A program made the translations under genes and the position numbers. Below, one piece after another: positions 25,314 through 40,100 of a DNA stretch of 64,000 nucleotides (positions are counted from its first letter, which is position 1; each line of letters starts with the position of its first letter). The notes under the pieces were generated by a model. The model had not been told where the DNA came from and searched no databases. It saw only the letters and a list, made by a program, of their open reading frames with translations. Origin of the DNA: Girardia tigrina (taxonomy: Eukaryota); NCBI GenBank assembly GCA_001938485.1, contig MQRK01241122.1, forward strand, positions 1 to 64,000, written 5' to 3'.

Positions 25314-27159
25314 GGCCAGAAAATAAATTCAAATACCAGTATATAAAATTCAAAATTATAATATTCCGGTTGATCTGATAAATTGAATCATGTGTCAGAA
25401 AAGTCATATCCTACTTCTTTGAAGGCTTGCACCAAATCTTTGTAATTTACTAGTATTGAATCAGACATAAAATATCCTACATTATAATTACAAGGTCGTT
25501 ATTAACATAGTAAAATTTATTAACCTAAAGAATGGTGTCAGCATCATTTAATTAATATTCATACAAAGATAAGACAGGGATTGAAACAATTACTTATGTT
25601 AGAGGAAATGACTTATTTCTTACCAAAATCAGTCGAAGGGCAATGAAGCTTTGTAAGCGACATTTAATATCTATTACTTCAATTCGGGCGAGAGTAAATT
25701 ACAATTTAAGCACCGCTGTTATTGAAATAGTTAAATCCCGAAAAGATACCGAAATCAATACCAAACACACCCACGAAATAGTAATGTTAGAATCTTTATA
25801 ATAGGGGGATGTTTAACAGTCAGCCAAAATTAAGAAATAATTGATTATGAGTCAGAAAAGTCTAAAAAATTGCCTTTTTAATAATACTTCTGTATAAATA
25901 CTCATTGCGAGGAGATGGCCTGATAATTATTGTTTGTTGATTGAAATTTGTTGAGTATGTTGTTCTCTCTCGTTTAATGTAATTATTTTTACGATGATTT
26001 TAATTTAAATTATTTAATGATATAATTAATATGTCAATTAAATGTATTTGTTTTAATATTCTGTTTATATCTGCGGATAAATTAAAAAATTTTGTTATTG
26101 TATATTGTTTTCTAAATAAATGATTTCCAAAGAAGAGTCTTGTTTTTTTGATAAGCAGACCGAAACGTGCGGAGTAAATAACACTCATAAAAACCAAACT
26201 ATAAAATTTTGTTTTTCAAAAAGCGTTAATAAATTCAAGAATAAAATTTAGTGTAATTGAATAACTTACTTTGCACATTGTATACATATTAAAAAAATTA
26301 TTAAGATTTTTCTTAACTAAAATCCAGGTTAATAAATCAAAAAACAAATTACATATTAAATATATACATTAATTTTTCAAAGATAAATTAACAGACGAAT
26401 AATAAAAATGAATAAAATTTTTTTTCTTATTAACTAAAAATGTTATTTTTTGATAAAAAAAATAAAAATATTTTTTTTCTTTAACTATGAAGAAAAAGAA
26501 ATTGTTTTATGGTATTTTTTACAAGTGTAAATTTTTTTTCAATTTTTAAAAAAAATATTATTTTTGAATCCAAAGGAAAAAGAAAAATATTTCCACTGGA
26601 AATTTATATTGAAATATATTTTAGAAAATATTAAATTAATAAAATGGTGTAATTTGCAAGCTAATACTTTTCACCAAGTACCGCCGACAAAATATATAAT
26701 GTTATTCTTGATCTAAGGAATCATTTGCTATTTTCCCTTTGATATCTCAATAAAGTCGCGCAGCAAGCAACATATGTTCCGGGCTGAATTTACTTTCCTT
26801 CAAATGTATCACATGTAAATATTCTTTTTACATATTTTGATATTCATAAATTCGTCTTTATAGACTTTTTTTTAAAATTTTAATATCTTTTTTTTCTTAT
26901 TTATTGACGATTTTGAAAACTTTATTATATAAATATAAATAAGCGTATGTTGGTAAAGAAATATATAGATAAATATAAAAAAAAGAAATATGTTTGAAAA
27001 ATAATTTTGTTAAAGCTTTTTTTAAAAAAATGATAATTTTAAGTTTTGGAATTTCGTAAAATTTTAATTAATTGGATATTTTATCAATAAATATTAACTT
27101 TTTAAAGATTTTATTGGATATAAAGGGCAAATAATTTTTATTTATTTTAATTTAAGATT

Positions 27160-27455
27160 TTAAGAATTAACACGGTTTTACTTTGCCAATTTTAAATATT
27201 AACTAATGGGCTGTAGTGTCTTATTAATAATGATTCACAAATCTGCGCTCGTAATGTGAATCAAAGCCTTCTGTAAATCAGAAAACTCATCTTTTGAAAC
27301 ATTTTTACAACGTAACCAATGATCAAGAACCTTACTCAATCGACTAGATTGCGAGTGCTCACTAATCCGGGTTTTGAGATGACGATTTGGATCTTCAATG
27401 TACGAGTTTTTACAAATGTGACAATTACATTTATATACTAGATTAGTGTGCAATC
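27160..27455 (-). mobile_element. Penelope GIY-YIG remnant (same family as 18576-18824)
   Basis: LVYKCNCHICKNSYIE.PNRHLKTRISEH; DNA-level similarity to 18500-18800. Confidence 0.8.
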
Positions 27456-27894
27456 GACAAATTGTTTTTTATTTATTATCATGTTAATACATTATGTCCT
27501 ACTTATAAGTAGTGATCTTGAATCTATAATCAATGACAGAAAGTTGAAAACTAAATTGCTTGCATAAATCTAAAAATCTCTAAAAATCATGGCAGAGAAC
27601 TCATTTCAAATGTATGTCCATGATACTAAGGCCTCACAAACCCTAAACTAAGTCTAGATGTTAAACATATTGATTTTAGCAATAAACTGTCATGAGTAAC
27701 GTACTTATTAAAGCAGAGGTTCGCAAATCAAAGTGTCAAAAATTCTGATTTTAACAGATTATCTCATCCTAAAATAATAACTTTGTCGTAAATAACAAAA
27801 CTTTCGCGTTATTAAAGTACATTAGAGGGGTTGAAGATATTTTTCTAAAAAAACTTGCGATTTGTTGGATAAATGATTGTAGTGACCTAAAGTC

Positions 27895-27939
<45 letters not shown>

Positions 27940-27989
27940 NNNNNNNNNNNNNNNNNNNNNNNNNNNNNNNNNNNNNNNNNNNNNNNNNN

Positions 27990-28020
<31 letters not shown>

Positions 28021-30477
28021 GTACACATGTATACATATAAATTATTAATTAATAAATATTTATTAATTAATGCTACTTGAAAATATTTCATTCGGATTTC
28101 TGTGTCGGTTTATCAATTATCCCATTTATCTCAGTTTCCAAAGGATGTTTACCATAGAATTATAAAACTGTCAACAGTGGATTCTCATACATTTCTTGTG
28201 ATATAAACATTTCAACAACAGCAATTTCCGAAACCTATCCTCAATTGTCGTCAATATCAACAACAAAAAATTCACAAAATTTAACAACCAATTCTTATCC
28301 CAAGAATCTCTCTTGATCTCAATCAACAATTCCAATTGCAATCCGAATTATTTGACTGCCACGTCCGCTATCAATCTCGTTGACGATTAGCACAATTATA
28401 ATCACAATAACAACCCAAATGGTCTGGATTTGATATCAAGTTTCTTTTATTATCGTTTTACCGTTATATTGTTCTTTTAGTTTATTTATATTTTTATTTA
28501 TACAATTTATTCGTTAAAAGAGTTCACTGAAACATACGTTTCAGTTAGCTCTCTTATAATGATATTATTTTCAAATTTATGGAATTATTTTCATAGCATT
28601 GAAAAATGCCATAAATCTAACAACAATAACACGATCCCTAACTTCTAAGTATGTGCAGAAAACAATTTCCAACATAGTTAAAATTTAGTTTGTGTTTCGT
28701 TTACCAAAACATGTTTGCGAAAGGTGTAACACCACAAACATTGTAGAGACTTTGCGTCATCATTGTAAAAGAATCCAGAAAAAATAAATTTTCAAAATCA
28801 TTAAACTTCATTCATTTTGTTCATAAAACCTTTTTGGAGAGATTGACACTTGTGTGAAGTTTTATATATAAGATCTATGGGTCCTAAAATTAAAGACGCT
28901 CGAAAACTTTTTTTTGGAGTTTTTCAAATGATATATTGATGACGCATTGATTATATATTCGCTAACCAAATTATCTTTCTGTGAACAATTCATTTGTTTG
29001 GCCGTCTAAATTAATAGACCAAAAATAATAAATTTTAGTTTCGATTGGTAAAATGATTTTTTTAAATATTTAAATAATAAAAAAATTATATATTTAAATA
29101 TTATATGAATTGTCTGTAATTTTTATTTAAACTAACATTTATGTGAAGAATAGAATAAATATTATAAAAAACATTTGAAAAAGAAAAATTTAATTATAAT
29201 TTCCTTCTAAACATTGAGATTTAAAAGATTGTCGCAGGTTTTTATATTAATTTTTTTAATAATAATATTGAAATAAGATCACTTTTATATTTTAAATATT
29301 AATACAAAATGCGATTTTACATCTGAAAAAATAAATTTCTTGGTTAAAACGAATTCGTAATAAAAGAATAAATTATTTTATATTTTATATCAAATTATTT
29401 TTTTTATTAGTTAATATTATTTGGCGTATACAGAAGATAGATCTTCGTCTCTGAAAATATTTATCAGTGACTTTGAGAATAGGATTAAGATATTGTTGTG
29501 TACATGTTATTGAATATACTAAAAGAATCAATAATTGTAGAATTTGTCAAGAACTAATGTCTAGAGAATCAAGAATTTAATACGTACAGGTCTATCATCA
29601 AAAGAATATACAGTCCCATTCATCTTTCACTAAACTTAAACATTTTTTCCAATATAGAATTTTCCAGATCGTATGAGCCGCCAATAAATACAATATCATT
29701 GCATTTTAGTAAATACGATTTAGTTTACTTTTTATCCATAATCGATTTTTTTTGATCAGAACTAATAATTCCTTTTTATTCCTTTAACATTGACTAATAA
29801 TTTTTTGATCCCGTTTGGTTGAAGCTATTGATCCTGCAATTTTTTATCCGACGTCATTAATTCCCGTGTAAAAAGTAACATCTGTAGGAAAAGGGGCACA
29901 AAAGTTTTTGTCAAGAGTTTTATAGTAAGACACAACAATATATATATATATATAAGTTTATCTTATAATTTTATTTCGTTACACTTTATTTTAACATTGC
30001 TTTATTTATTTTATTTATTTACTTTAATTTCATTTTATTTACCGATTGTATTTATTTAGGTATTTATTATTGCTATTTCCGGATATCTCGTAGTTGGAAA
30101 AACGTAAGAACATTTTATATTTTTTATGTTTTAATGGATTTCTTTTTTGAAAATTTTTTTTTTAAAACGCTAATTAATATCGTCATTTAAAATAAATTTT
30201 GTTAAAAAAATTGAATCATAAACTCTGAAAATTCTCTAAACTAAGAGTAATAGAAAATGTTAATTTTTATCAAAATATTGGACCATAAATTGACATCTAA
30301 AAAGAACTTTCTACAACTTTTTTTGGAACGAAGTTTTGCTTCTACAATCTCTAATTACTTTTTTTATATAAAAAGTGTGAGATATAAATTAATAAATGTA
30401 AATATTAAATGTAAACTAACTTAATAATTATTTTATATAACATATGGTTCAAAAAATTCAAATAATTAACTCTCCGA

Positions 30478-31035
30478 TGTAAATAAATATGATTTAATAA
30501 AATTCAAATTGTTTTTATTAAGAGCACCAACATGGGTTTTCAAACTTTTATTTTCAATACAATCAGAATTGTCTTTTGGACAATTCTCAGCAAAACTCTC
30601 GTCATTCGACATCGTTCTAAATTGATAATTTTTTCTAATGGTTGTTAATAAACAATTATTTGAACAAATTTTTCATTATTTTCAGATTTTATTTTTAAAA
30701 TTTAAATTTTGTAGTTTTAGTATTAATTTTTATTTACATATTAATTTTATTTAAAAATTATTTTATGTAAAGAAAGAACATTTAATTAATTCAAAACTTA
30801 GTTAAAACTATTTATTTTATTTAAATTTTAATATGAAGATTTTATATTTTTAATGTTTTTAAATATCTTATGCTGTAATTTAAAATATAAATTATACTCG
30901 AATAATTATCTATCGTGAACATCCAAAATATTAATTTTCCATCTGGGTGGGAGAAACACATTTCCAAATACTAAACTCAACATACAAAATTCAACAAACC
31001 AATTTCAACATACCAAATTTAAAATATTCCTCACA
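30478..31035 (-). mobile_element. Solo LTR-like repeat containing a gag N-terminus
   Basis: Starts TGTGAGGAATATT; core TTCTCCCACCCAGATGG; ATG at 30612 gives MSNDESFAENCPKDNSDCIENK; no TSD found. Confidence 0.65.
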
Positions 31036-31148
31036 GTTTTAATAATTGGATTATCGCATATATTTTTTGAATTATTAAATATATTTTAGAATCTAAGTTT
31101 GCGTTATCAATTTTCCTAATAAAAAGGATTATTAATAATGATTATCAT

Positions 31149-31668
31149 TGTGAAGAATATTTTAATTTGTTTGAATGTGTAAATGTAGTGATGCTGTATG
31201 TTGATTTAAGTATGTTGAATTTAGAATGGTGATTCTCCCACCCAGATGGAAATTGGTATTTTTTTATTTAAATTTAAGGGATTGACTATTCGAACATAAT
31301 TAAAATAATCATTTTATAAGTTCATATTTTTAATTTCACAATTAAAATTAAGTTTAATAATTTTTAGTAAAATTTAAATTAAATGCATTTTTAATAATTT
31401 GATGACATTTTTATTATTTTGGGATTTATTGAAAAATGGTAGAAATTATTATTTTTTAATTAATATTTTTTAGAGATTAAATATTTTAAAAAATAACTTA
31501 GAAAAATTGTTCGAATAATCATGATTAAAAACAGAAATAAGAAAACCAATTAGAAGGATGACAAACGATGAAAGACTTTCTGAGAGTTGTAATGACTCTA
31601 AATGTGATTGTAATAAACATTCAAATGATACTTATTTAAATGTTCTCAATAATCATAAATAACCCACA
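31149..31668 (+). mobile_element. Solo LTR-like repeat containing a gag N-terminus
   Basis: TGTGAAGAATATT...CCCACA; same core; ATG 31558 gives MTNDERLSESCNDSKCDCNK. Confidence 0.65.
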
Positions 31669-31789
31669 ATTGTATTAGCATAATTATTTAATTTTTTTTA
31701 CTTTTGCAACAGTTTAATTATCAATGTCTTCCTATTCTTAAGGTTTTACTCCAATCCTACGACTTAAAATATTAAAACCTTCAACATAG

Positions 31790-32230
31790 TATCAATTACA
31801 AATAACTTTTCAATGTTGGACCTACCATCTCTTTCAAGAATGGTATTAAGCCTACACGATCTTTAGATGGTCCACCAAAACAAAATAAGTACATAAGTCT
31901 CCCGATAGGCCTCCTTCGGGGACGTCAGCCTTTCGCTTCCGCCCACACTTTGGAAATTCAGTGAGAAACGACCAGTTATGGGTAGTGATCCCATGATTCT
32001 ATATCCCTTTGGCTAAGTACGTGGACTTTACACATCCACGAAACGGGCATCTGAAGGTTCCACACGCAGTTAGATCTGTAAGGCGGTAGTCTTGATGGGT
32101 TTCTAAAGGACTCGATTCAGACTCTCCTGTCGCAATATATAATTGCCACTTCAGTTGCGTTTTTTATACTGACGCTTTCAGTGGTTAATTCCATTCTTCT
32201 AATTGTCTGGACTGATTGGTTCTGTTCTGA
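31790..32230 (-). mobile_element. 3' end of a LINE related to 42760-45270 (last C2H2 finger)
   Basis: DYRLTDLTACGTFRCPFRGCVKSTYLAKGI*NHGITTHNWSFL aligns with NFRLDNITDKVLFYCPFHRCTKCVYTARSIQNHGTK*HD*SFL. Confidence 0.65.
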
Positions 32231-33145
32231 AATATTTGGACTAATTGTTCTTCAATTTTGGGCGCAGTTCTGATATGTTTATCTATGTTAAGAAACTTCT
32301 AATAATTTATATTAAATCCCTCTTACATAGACAATCTCTCACAATCTCTATATTTTTACATTTTAAAAATATTTTCAACAATATTTTCTAAATTATTCAT
32401 CCTATAATATGAAGCCAACAATATAGGATAATTGAACAAATTAAAAGTATTGATATAAAATTCTTTTGTCTCCCTAGAGATATTAATTTATTCTAAAAAA
32501 TATTAGAAATTTCGAAAATAAAAAAATCTTTATACATCTGATACATCGTATATTCAAGCCAACAAAAGGTATTTTACCTAGCAATCAGTAAACGTGTCAT
32601 AAATATGTTTTCTTTAGATAATAATGTTATTTTTCATAAATAAATGAATCATACATCTCTAAATTATAAAAAAAGAACAATTTCCTCTCACAGGCATTTG
32701 TGGTATCGAAATAAGATTCCCCCGGCTGTCAATATAAAACATTTAGATTATTCAGACTAAAGATTAATTCTCCCTGAAACACGATTGATTCGATCCTTGA
32801 GGCCCTTAATTAACAGACTTATTAATCATTAAAAAACTTAATAAAATTATGTTTCTGTTAGACACTTTCCCCAAATGTATTAGGAAATTAATATGAATGT
32901 CTAACTGTAGACATCCCACGCAAATCTGTTGCTATTCACGATTATTAAAAGAAACATAAAATACCAAATAAAATCTTCATATACAATTTTTGTTTTGGTT
33001 GAAAAACACAACGTAGAAAGTCTTCAAAATGTTAGCTATTAATAAAGATGATTAAATAAATAATTTTTAAAGTCACAAATAAAGAATTAAACAACATAGA
33101 TTTGAAGGACAAAGTTGTAAAGGATAAAGAATAATACATAAATAT

Positions 33146-34240
33146 TAGAGTTTGCAATACCGGTATTACCGAAGTCGGTATTACCGTATTCGGAAAGAAA
33201 ATTAACTTCGGTAATACCGGTATTATGGACTTTGAAAGGAGTTATTAAAATTACGAATTAAAACATTTTATATGAATACAATATTTACACTTGATTTCTG
33301 AAATTATTATTTTTTATTTTTGAAATTAATTCTTAGTCAATTTTATTTTAATTAGTTTTGTTTTAATAATTTAAATTCTTTTTTTATTTACAATTTTAAA
33401 TAGGTTAGTAATTTTCTATTTAGTATTTTAACATTTTACAATTTCCAAATAAAATTAATAAGATTTTCTCAGTTAAGGAATACTTTTTCAATAGTTGTGT
33501 AACTCAAAAACTATCTTTTCTTTTACTTTTTAGTTGTGGGGGTTACGTATTGTGTTTACCTAATAACTGTTGATAAATAAAAATGAAATCTTCAATAAAA
33601 AGCCGATGACGTTTATATCCAGTGGAACAACAGTTAAATGCTGTTGGAGTCTTACCATTTCAAATCATTAACAAGCTAGAGACAGCGCAGCCATCTGAAT
33701 AAGAACATTTGTTAATGAATGGAAAATTGCATTTAATGATTCAAAGAAAAATTTCTTCAACTAATAGTACTAAAGCTGAAAGGCTCAAACAAACAGAACT
33801 AAAACTGTTTATGGAGCAAAAAAGCAGAGGAAAACATTTGGAATTTTTATATGAAGCTCTATTGACAATTATTATTATCAATTATTGAAGCGGAGAGAGC
33901 CTTTTCTGTTGTGGGTTTGCTTTGTATTCAGATTAGATAAGATACAGAATGAATGACTCTACTTTGCATTCCTTTTTGCTTCTTGCTCTCATATTTTTTG
34001 TATCAATTAGTTATAATTAGGTATAATTAGTTAATCAGTTTTTGATCTTCTTCTTTAGACCTTCTGGTGATAATATTTTTTGAACCAATAGTATAAATTA
34101 ATAAGTTTTTGAATAATTAATGGTCTTATTCGTAGACTCTTAATATTATTAGAAAAAAATACTTTCATTTTTATAATATATCAAAAGACATGAATGATTT
34201 ATAAACAGCTTCCTTTTCATGACCAATACCGGTATTAAAA
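33146..34240 (+). mobile_element. hAT element remnant
   Basis: TAGAGTTTGCAA terminus with AATACCGGTATT repeats; dimerisation motif RGKHLEFLYEALLTI..EAERAFSVVG at 33800-33990. Confidence 0.7.
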
Positions 34241-34769
34241 AGTTTGTCTTTTTAATTTTCATATATAAAAGCTCATAAATTTTCTAGAATCAAGTGTAAT
34301 ATTTTAAAAATTCAAACAGTAAGAAATCTTTTTGGCCTTTCCGTGGTTGACAACAGCTTCTAAATTAAAACGGAAACTATATTTTCGAATTAAAATATTA
34401 TTTTTAATATATCAAATTATGTATAATGAAAGTCATTCTCAGAAAAACTAAATCAAATACCAATAAAATGTTGAAAACGTATTCCTTCATAATGGGAAGA
34501 ATAAATCCCCATGAAAGTATAACAATTATTAATATGTTTTATTAATAATATGTTAATTTCCGTTATGATCATGGTGATTTCTAGGGTTCAGTAAGAATAA
34601 CCATGGTGGCCAAAAGAGCCCATTCAACATTGTCTCACGAATGAACTTGCTTTTGACAAATTTCTTTTATTTTTTTTGTTTATTGTCACTCAAGTTATTT
34701 TGAATTAGAAAAGCATTAAAACAGTTAAACTATATTTTAATCCGTAAAAACACGAAATGATCTCATATA

Positions 34770-35460
34770 CAGTGTGACAGTAAAGTGGAAATCTATATAA
34801 AAATGTATGTATTAATACATTCATCATGGAAGGTTAATGATCCGCACCACATATTTTCATTAAGCATCTGATATATATGTTCAAATAGGTCATCGTTAGA
34901 TGCAATAACTGCGGTCAAGCAAGACACAAGACGCATGCTAGGAAAGGTTCGGAAACATTTTGACTTACTTTTGTGATAGAAAAAGGAATTTTCTCTCAAT
35001 TCGGACTCTAACATTTTTTTAAGAAAGTAATCAACTCATAAATTACTTGAAATTTTTTTAAGCCCACAGTCAACACGAAAGCACACTTGTCACCAAAAAC
35101 ACTGCCCACCCCACTTCGTGATAATAGTGCTCGAGTATCGTTTTGGTACATATTCAGAAGACAGAGCCATTAGCAGAGGCTGTAAAAACGTTTAACCATC
35201 GAGGTCTTTTGATCTCAATCACTTTAACTACTGGCTTTAAGATTGAATGAAAGCGAAGATTTACCTCAACCATAAGTCAACCAAACTTCAGCAGTTACGT
35301 AAATAAAAGTTTTATATTTGTGCATAAATTGTGAATGATGAATTCGGAGCTGCTGAGTCGAAAATTGTGTATCGGTTTAAGACTGTTATTGCTTTTGATG
35401 GAGAATTATTTAAGTGCACATAGTAGATGCTTAATGAAATATATAATGTAGATTAGTAAA
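34770..35460. mobile_element. Tc1/mariner-superfamily (maT/rosa-like) remnants; two 3' ends in opposite orientation
   Basis: TA|CAGTGTGACAG terminus; PSRSFDLNHFNYWL*D*MKAKIY resembles WPPRSPDLNPLDY.LWG. Confidence 0.55.
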
Positions 35461-36107
35461 CTTATATTATAAAAATTATTAATTTAAACTGCTTCTCTGA
35501 ATTAGGGTCACAATCGAAAATTTTCGTAACTGTAGAGCACATTATAAAACACAAAATTACAGAAAAGAATCGAAAAATTATCTTTAATTACGATAAAAAA
35601 ATCTAAATTTATAAAAATTTGAAAAATATCACGCTGTGATGTTATTGTTTCTTTTAATTTTTAATACAAATATTTACACAATATTATATTACCATTTAAT
35701 TATGAATTCTCTCACAAAATGACGCTATTTCGTATGATAAGTGTCATTGTCAAGACCATTTATTACTGGCATTCAACTGCGTGATCGCGTCAAGTAATGG
35801 ATCACGCAAATTATGTAAATTGCGCTTAACACAAATGATTTTGTTTCATTCATAATTTTATTATCAAATTAATATAAAAAAGAATCTTGAGGAACAATAT
35901 TGGTAATTTTATAACAAATAGAATCATAGTCTTTTGTTGGTTCCAAATATTGTTTAATATTAAAAAAATTATATTATATATTTCTTATATATCAATTATG
36001 ATAATAAACATTCGATTAAAATTTTCTATCAATATATCTCGGTAAATCCACTATAAAATGTGATTCCCTAAGGGATCATGCTTAATTCCTTTCTTTTTCT
36101 TCCCTAA

Positions 36108-36318
36108 GGGGCTGTCCAAAAACGACGTCTCGCGTGAGGGAGAGAGGAGGGTCAGATTTTTGTGACGAAGTGAGACATGGGTGGAGAGGGGTTTGGGAAA
36201 TGTAACGTCAAATCGAACTGCAGAAGTATTTAGGGAAAGAATTCTATGACAAAATGTGACGAGGGGGAGGGGTTAGGAAATCTGATAAAATCGCGTGACG
36301 TCATTTATGGACAGCGCC
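36108..36318. mobile_element. MITE with TAA TSD (PIF/Harbinger- or Zator-like)
   Basis: TAA|GGGGCTGTCCA..GACGTC ... GACGTCATTTATGGACAGCGCC|TAA. Confidence 0.8.
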
Positions 36319-36763
36319 TAAGACATTTTATGTTATGTGTGGCTACTATCCATCCAATTCAAAACTTTATAGGACATTGTCAAAAGTAAAATGAAAAGTA
36401 AATATAAAGTCATCATACGATGATGGATTGTTTCCGTGTTTGGATTCATCTCTACTGATATTTCATGCCAAGGAAAGCATGGAACCTCTATTTGTTGCAT
36501 ATAGTTTTGATTGTTTTAGCAGAAACAGCAGGTGTTTCATCGTAAATGTAGGTATTTAACATTAAATTCTTGATCTAATCGACATCACACTGAAATACAG
36601 CCTCATGTTGAAAACTGTTGAAAGTAGCTCTCATCACTGGAGATAATTGTTTCCGAGAAACAAAATAGCTTGCGTTTCATTTCTTGAGTCTATTGCCAAT
36701 AACGAATAATTGCTAGGGGATAACACTGACTTCAAAAGAGATGCCATACATTTGTACCAAAAC

Positions 36764-37100
36764 CTAGTCAGTGGAAGAGAGACTTGTTAAGACATTAATG
36801 GACGGATTAAGTGATTTAATCAATAATGTTTCACAAGTAACTCTTTCCAAATAATTTTTAAAATTACTGCACAATATTTTAAAATTATTTGTTTTCACCT
36901 CCGATCTACAACCCTTCATATGTCCAGCAATATTACTCCCATTACCCAATCGTCCATGCTCCTGAATCCGTTTACAGAGATGACGAGACGTCTCTCCAAT
37001 GTATGCAGCGTTGCACCCATACACGAAAATTGATAAAACCGATAAAAATATAAACTCAAAGGAGTATGAGATTTATTGCGGAACATACTTTGAATTTTTG
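36764..37100 (-). mobile_element. Penelope GIY-YIG remnant
   Basis: GCNAAYIGETSRHLCKRIQEHG..ERVTCETLLIKSLNPSINV. Confidence 0.85.
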
Positions 37101-40100
37101 TGAAAATTTGAATTTAAAAATCATTTCTAAATCTATGGAATAGACAATTACTCAAGATAATGTTTATGAACCCTCTCTATATTTTTGCCTTTCTAAAGGA
37201 AGCATTTGTCCAAAAATATACTTTAAAATATTTAAACCATTAAAGCTTTTTTTTATGATTCTGTTCATAAATAAAATGCCAAATTTTCAGACGATTTGAA
37301 ACTTGTTAAATTCTCGGTGCCGACCTTCTATCAAGATTTGAGTTTCTTAAAGTCCTCGCATAACTGAATTATAAGAATTCCATAAATCTCGTAAGAATAA
37401 GGAAATTTTGCGTCTATTCCTAATTTAACGTCTACTTTTCCAAGTTAATTCAAAATAAATATTATCCGATATAATACAACTTCACGATCAGTATAATATT
37501 CTAATGTACAAAATGCTTTAAAAGTCATTATAATATAATCAATGTAAAGTTTTTGGAGAATAACCCCCCCGATGTTGTCAAAGAAAGTGTTTGACCAAGG
37601 GCATTAGTAGCTCTCAATTCATAAACACTTACATTAGATCTGGTACACAAGTTTTGTCTCAGTCATTAAGATTGTTAAGGAGTGTAAATACGTTTCTTTC
37701 CTTTTGACGAAATAAACGAAAATGCTTTAAATATATCGTCAATATACAAACTTTTAGATTAAGACAAAAGATCAAGATTTTTGAATTTGAACAACAATAG
37801 AATGTAGCATTTTGATTCAATTTCGCTGACAATAAAAAAGGTTCATTATTAATTGCAACATTGTTTGTGGAATTGATTCTTAAGCTTCTCAAACACAATT
37901 CGTTTTCAGGAAATTGTTGTTTTTGATATCATCCTCTTTGTATGCTTCTTTAAAAGTCATTTCAGTTTATTATTTGTTGAGCAGTGCTCCAGCAGTTTAT
38001 TGCTTGACCTTTGAGAAAAAAGATTTTTTAGCATCACAGAATCTGGAGAAGGATTATGGTTTAAAATAACAGCAACAACCTCATCACCAATGGTAAAAAC
38101 ATTTTCCTTTAGCATACTTTAAATATCTCCAAATTACCTTAAAATTAATTTATTTTTTCGAAGAAAAATTATTTCCGTTTTCTTGGTACTCAATAAACTT
38201 TTTTTCATCATTATTATACTTGCAATACCCAGCTTCATTTAATTTTTTATACAGTCTTCACACAGTTTTGCTGAAGAAGACAGTGATTAAAACTGTATAT
38301 TTGTGATAAAGATGAAAAAAGAAACAGTTTGGGAAATATCCTTTCCACTTACAGGTGTAATGACCTCTTCAAAAATATTATTTGAGTATGATAGTTCTCA
38401 TTATGGTATATTACTAGTGTTAGATGTTCTTGGAACATTCTCATAATAATTATTAGAAGTTAATTCCAATATCAAATCATGTCATGCATTAAAATCTTTA
38501 TAGTTTTTTTTAAATTATCAATACTTTTTGTATTCAAATTTGAAGCAGGTAACGATTAAAACAGGGACCTATCGAAGGGTAATAAAGCTTCTGATATTAC
38601 GCCATATTCCCTTAGACCAAAGTTTTCTCATTTGGATGAGATGTATGACAAAAACTCTTCCTCACGCAGAGCAATGTACAAGTTGATTGCACTCATTTAA
38701 CATAAAAATGTCAGCTTTTTGATAACCAAAGGACTAAACACAAAAAATAGCTAAGAAGACGATCGAATAACAAAACTAGCCCTGGTTGATGCAGCAAATG
38801 TATGCAAAGGAATCATACCAGAAAGTTTGTATGAATCAGGAAAGTAAAAGCTGATGTCCAGATTTGTATACAATCTTCTTTCATTCGGGAAACAAGAGAA
38901 GCAACTGATGTGCTCTCATGTAAATATTCTTCTGCTTTCCTAACTGCTAACCAAGTTCCAAGAAGATGATATCCATAACCTCTTATATAAAATAATTCAT
39001 GCTGAACAATGTTGTGAAAAAACTTGCTAAACTCTGCATCAAATTCTGTTCTTTTCTTGGAGTATACTGGAATTCTCGACGAAAAGAACGGGGCATTATC
39101 ACGGAGTTGAGCGAGGACAATGAAGTCTCATGTGTTATCAGACATGGAATTTCTTTAAAACTGTGTAGTTTGAATTGATCCAGTGATGGAAAAGTGTATG
39201 AATCTCTTTCTACTTGTTATATGTTACTATGTAAGAGTAACATAAATTATTCAATTACTTTCCCAATTGTTGCACAGACCTTCTGAATGCTCATTCTGTG
39301 TTCGATAAGATCAAGTTCATCTCTATATATACTAGTTTAAAATTAAAAATTACATCTTATCAAAAACATGGTGCTGAATGAACTTTAATATTGCAAAAGT
39401 CCTACTTTATTTACTCGCGTACAATCATGGTATAAATAGGTAATTATGATAAAAATAAATAAATTAACTAAATTATTATGATTGACGCATATGACACCAT
39501 AACATATGTGAAAATATACATCAAACGGCTTTTTACCTATTTCGTGTCAGCTCCATTTACGTATTCATAACAAACGACACCGGAGACAATTAAGATTCCA
39601 GTTGAGCATATGGGATCACGAAGGGTCTTTAAAATGGGAAAAATATAATTTGATTTCTTTATTGTAATTAGTCAAATAAATCGACTATTATAACTTTTAA
39701 AAAGTAATTTGTGATTCAAAAATTGTTATAAAATATAGGACATTTTTGTCATATGATACACCCATCCCTCTGACTGCACCGTCAAACTATTGTGTCACCA
39801 TTTGTTAAAATTATTTATTTTAATTAATATTTACATAAGGAAACGTAAATAAACAATCTGACAAACTGACATAAAGAACATTGGGCTAAAATACTATTTT
39901 TTATAAACATAATTTATTGAATAAAAATTAACATAGTATACATTTATTGTTAAATATAAATTAGAATGTAAAGCGAAATGGGAAGGTACAGATTCTCGGA
40001 CTCTTATAAATATATAATTGAGTACATAAGAGGAAAATCATTTTTATAAAAAAGATTTATAATTATTTATTAATAATGCTTCAGTAAAAATCCTTTCATA

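Noticed and set aside
28517-28556. Imperfect hairpin
   Set aside because: Isolated and too short for a pre-miRNA; no context.
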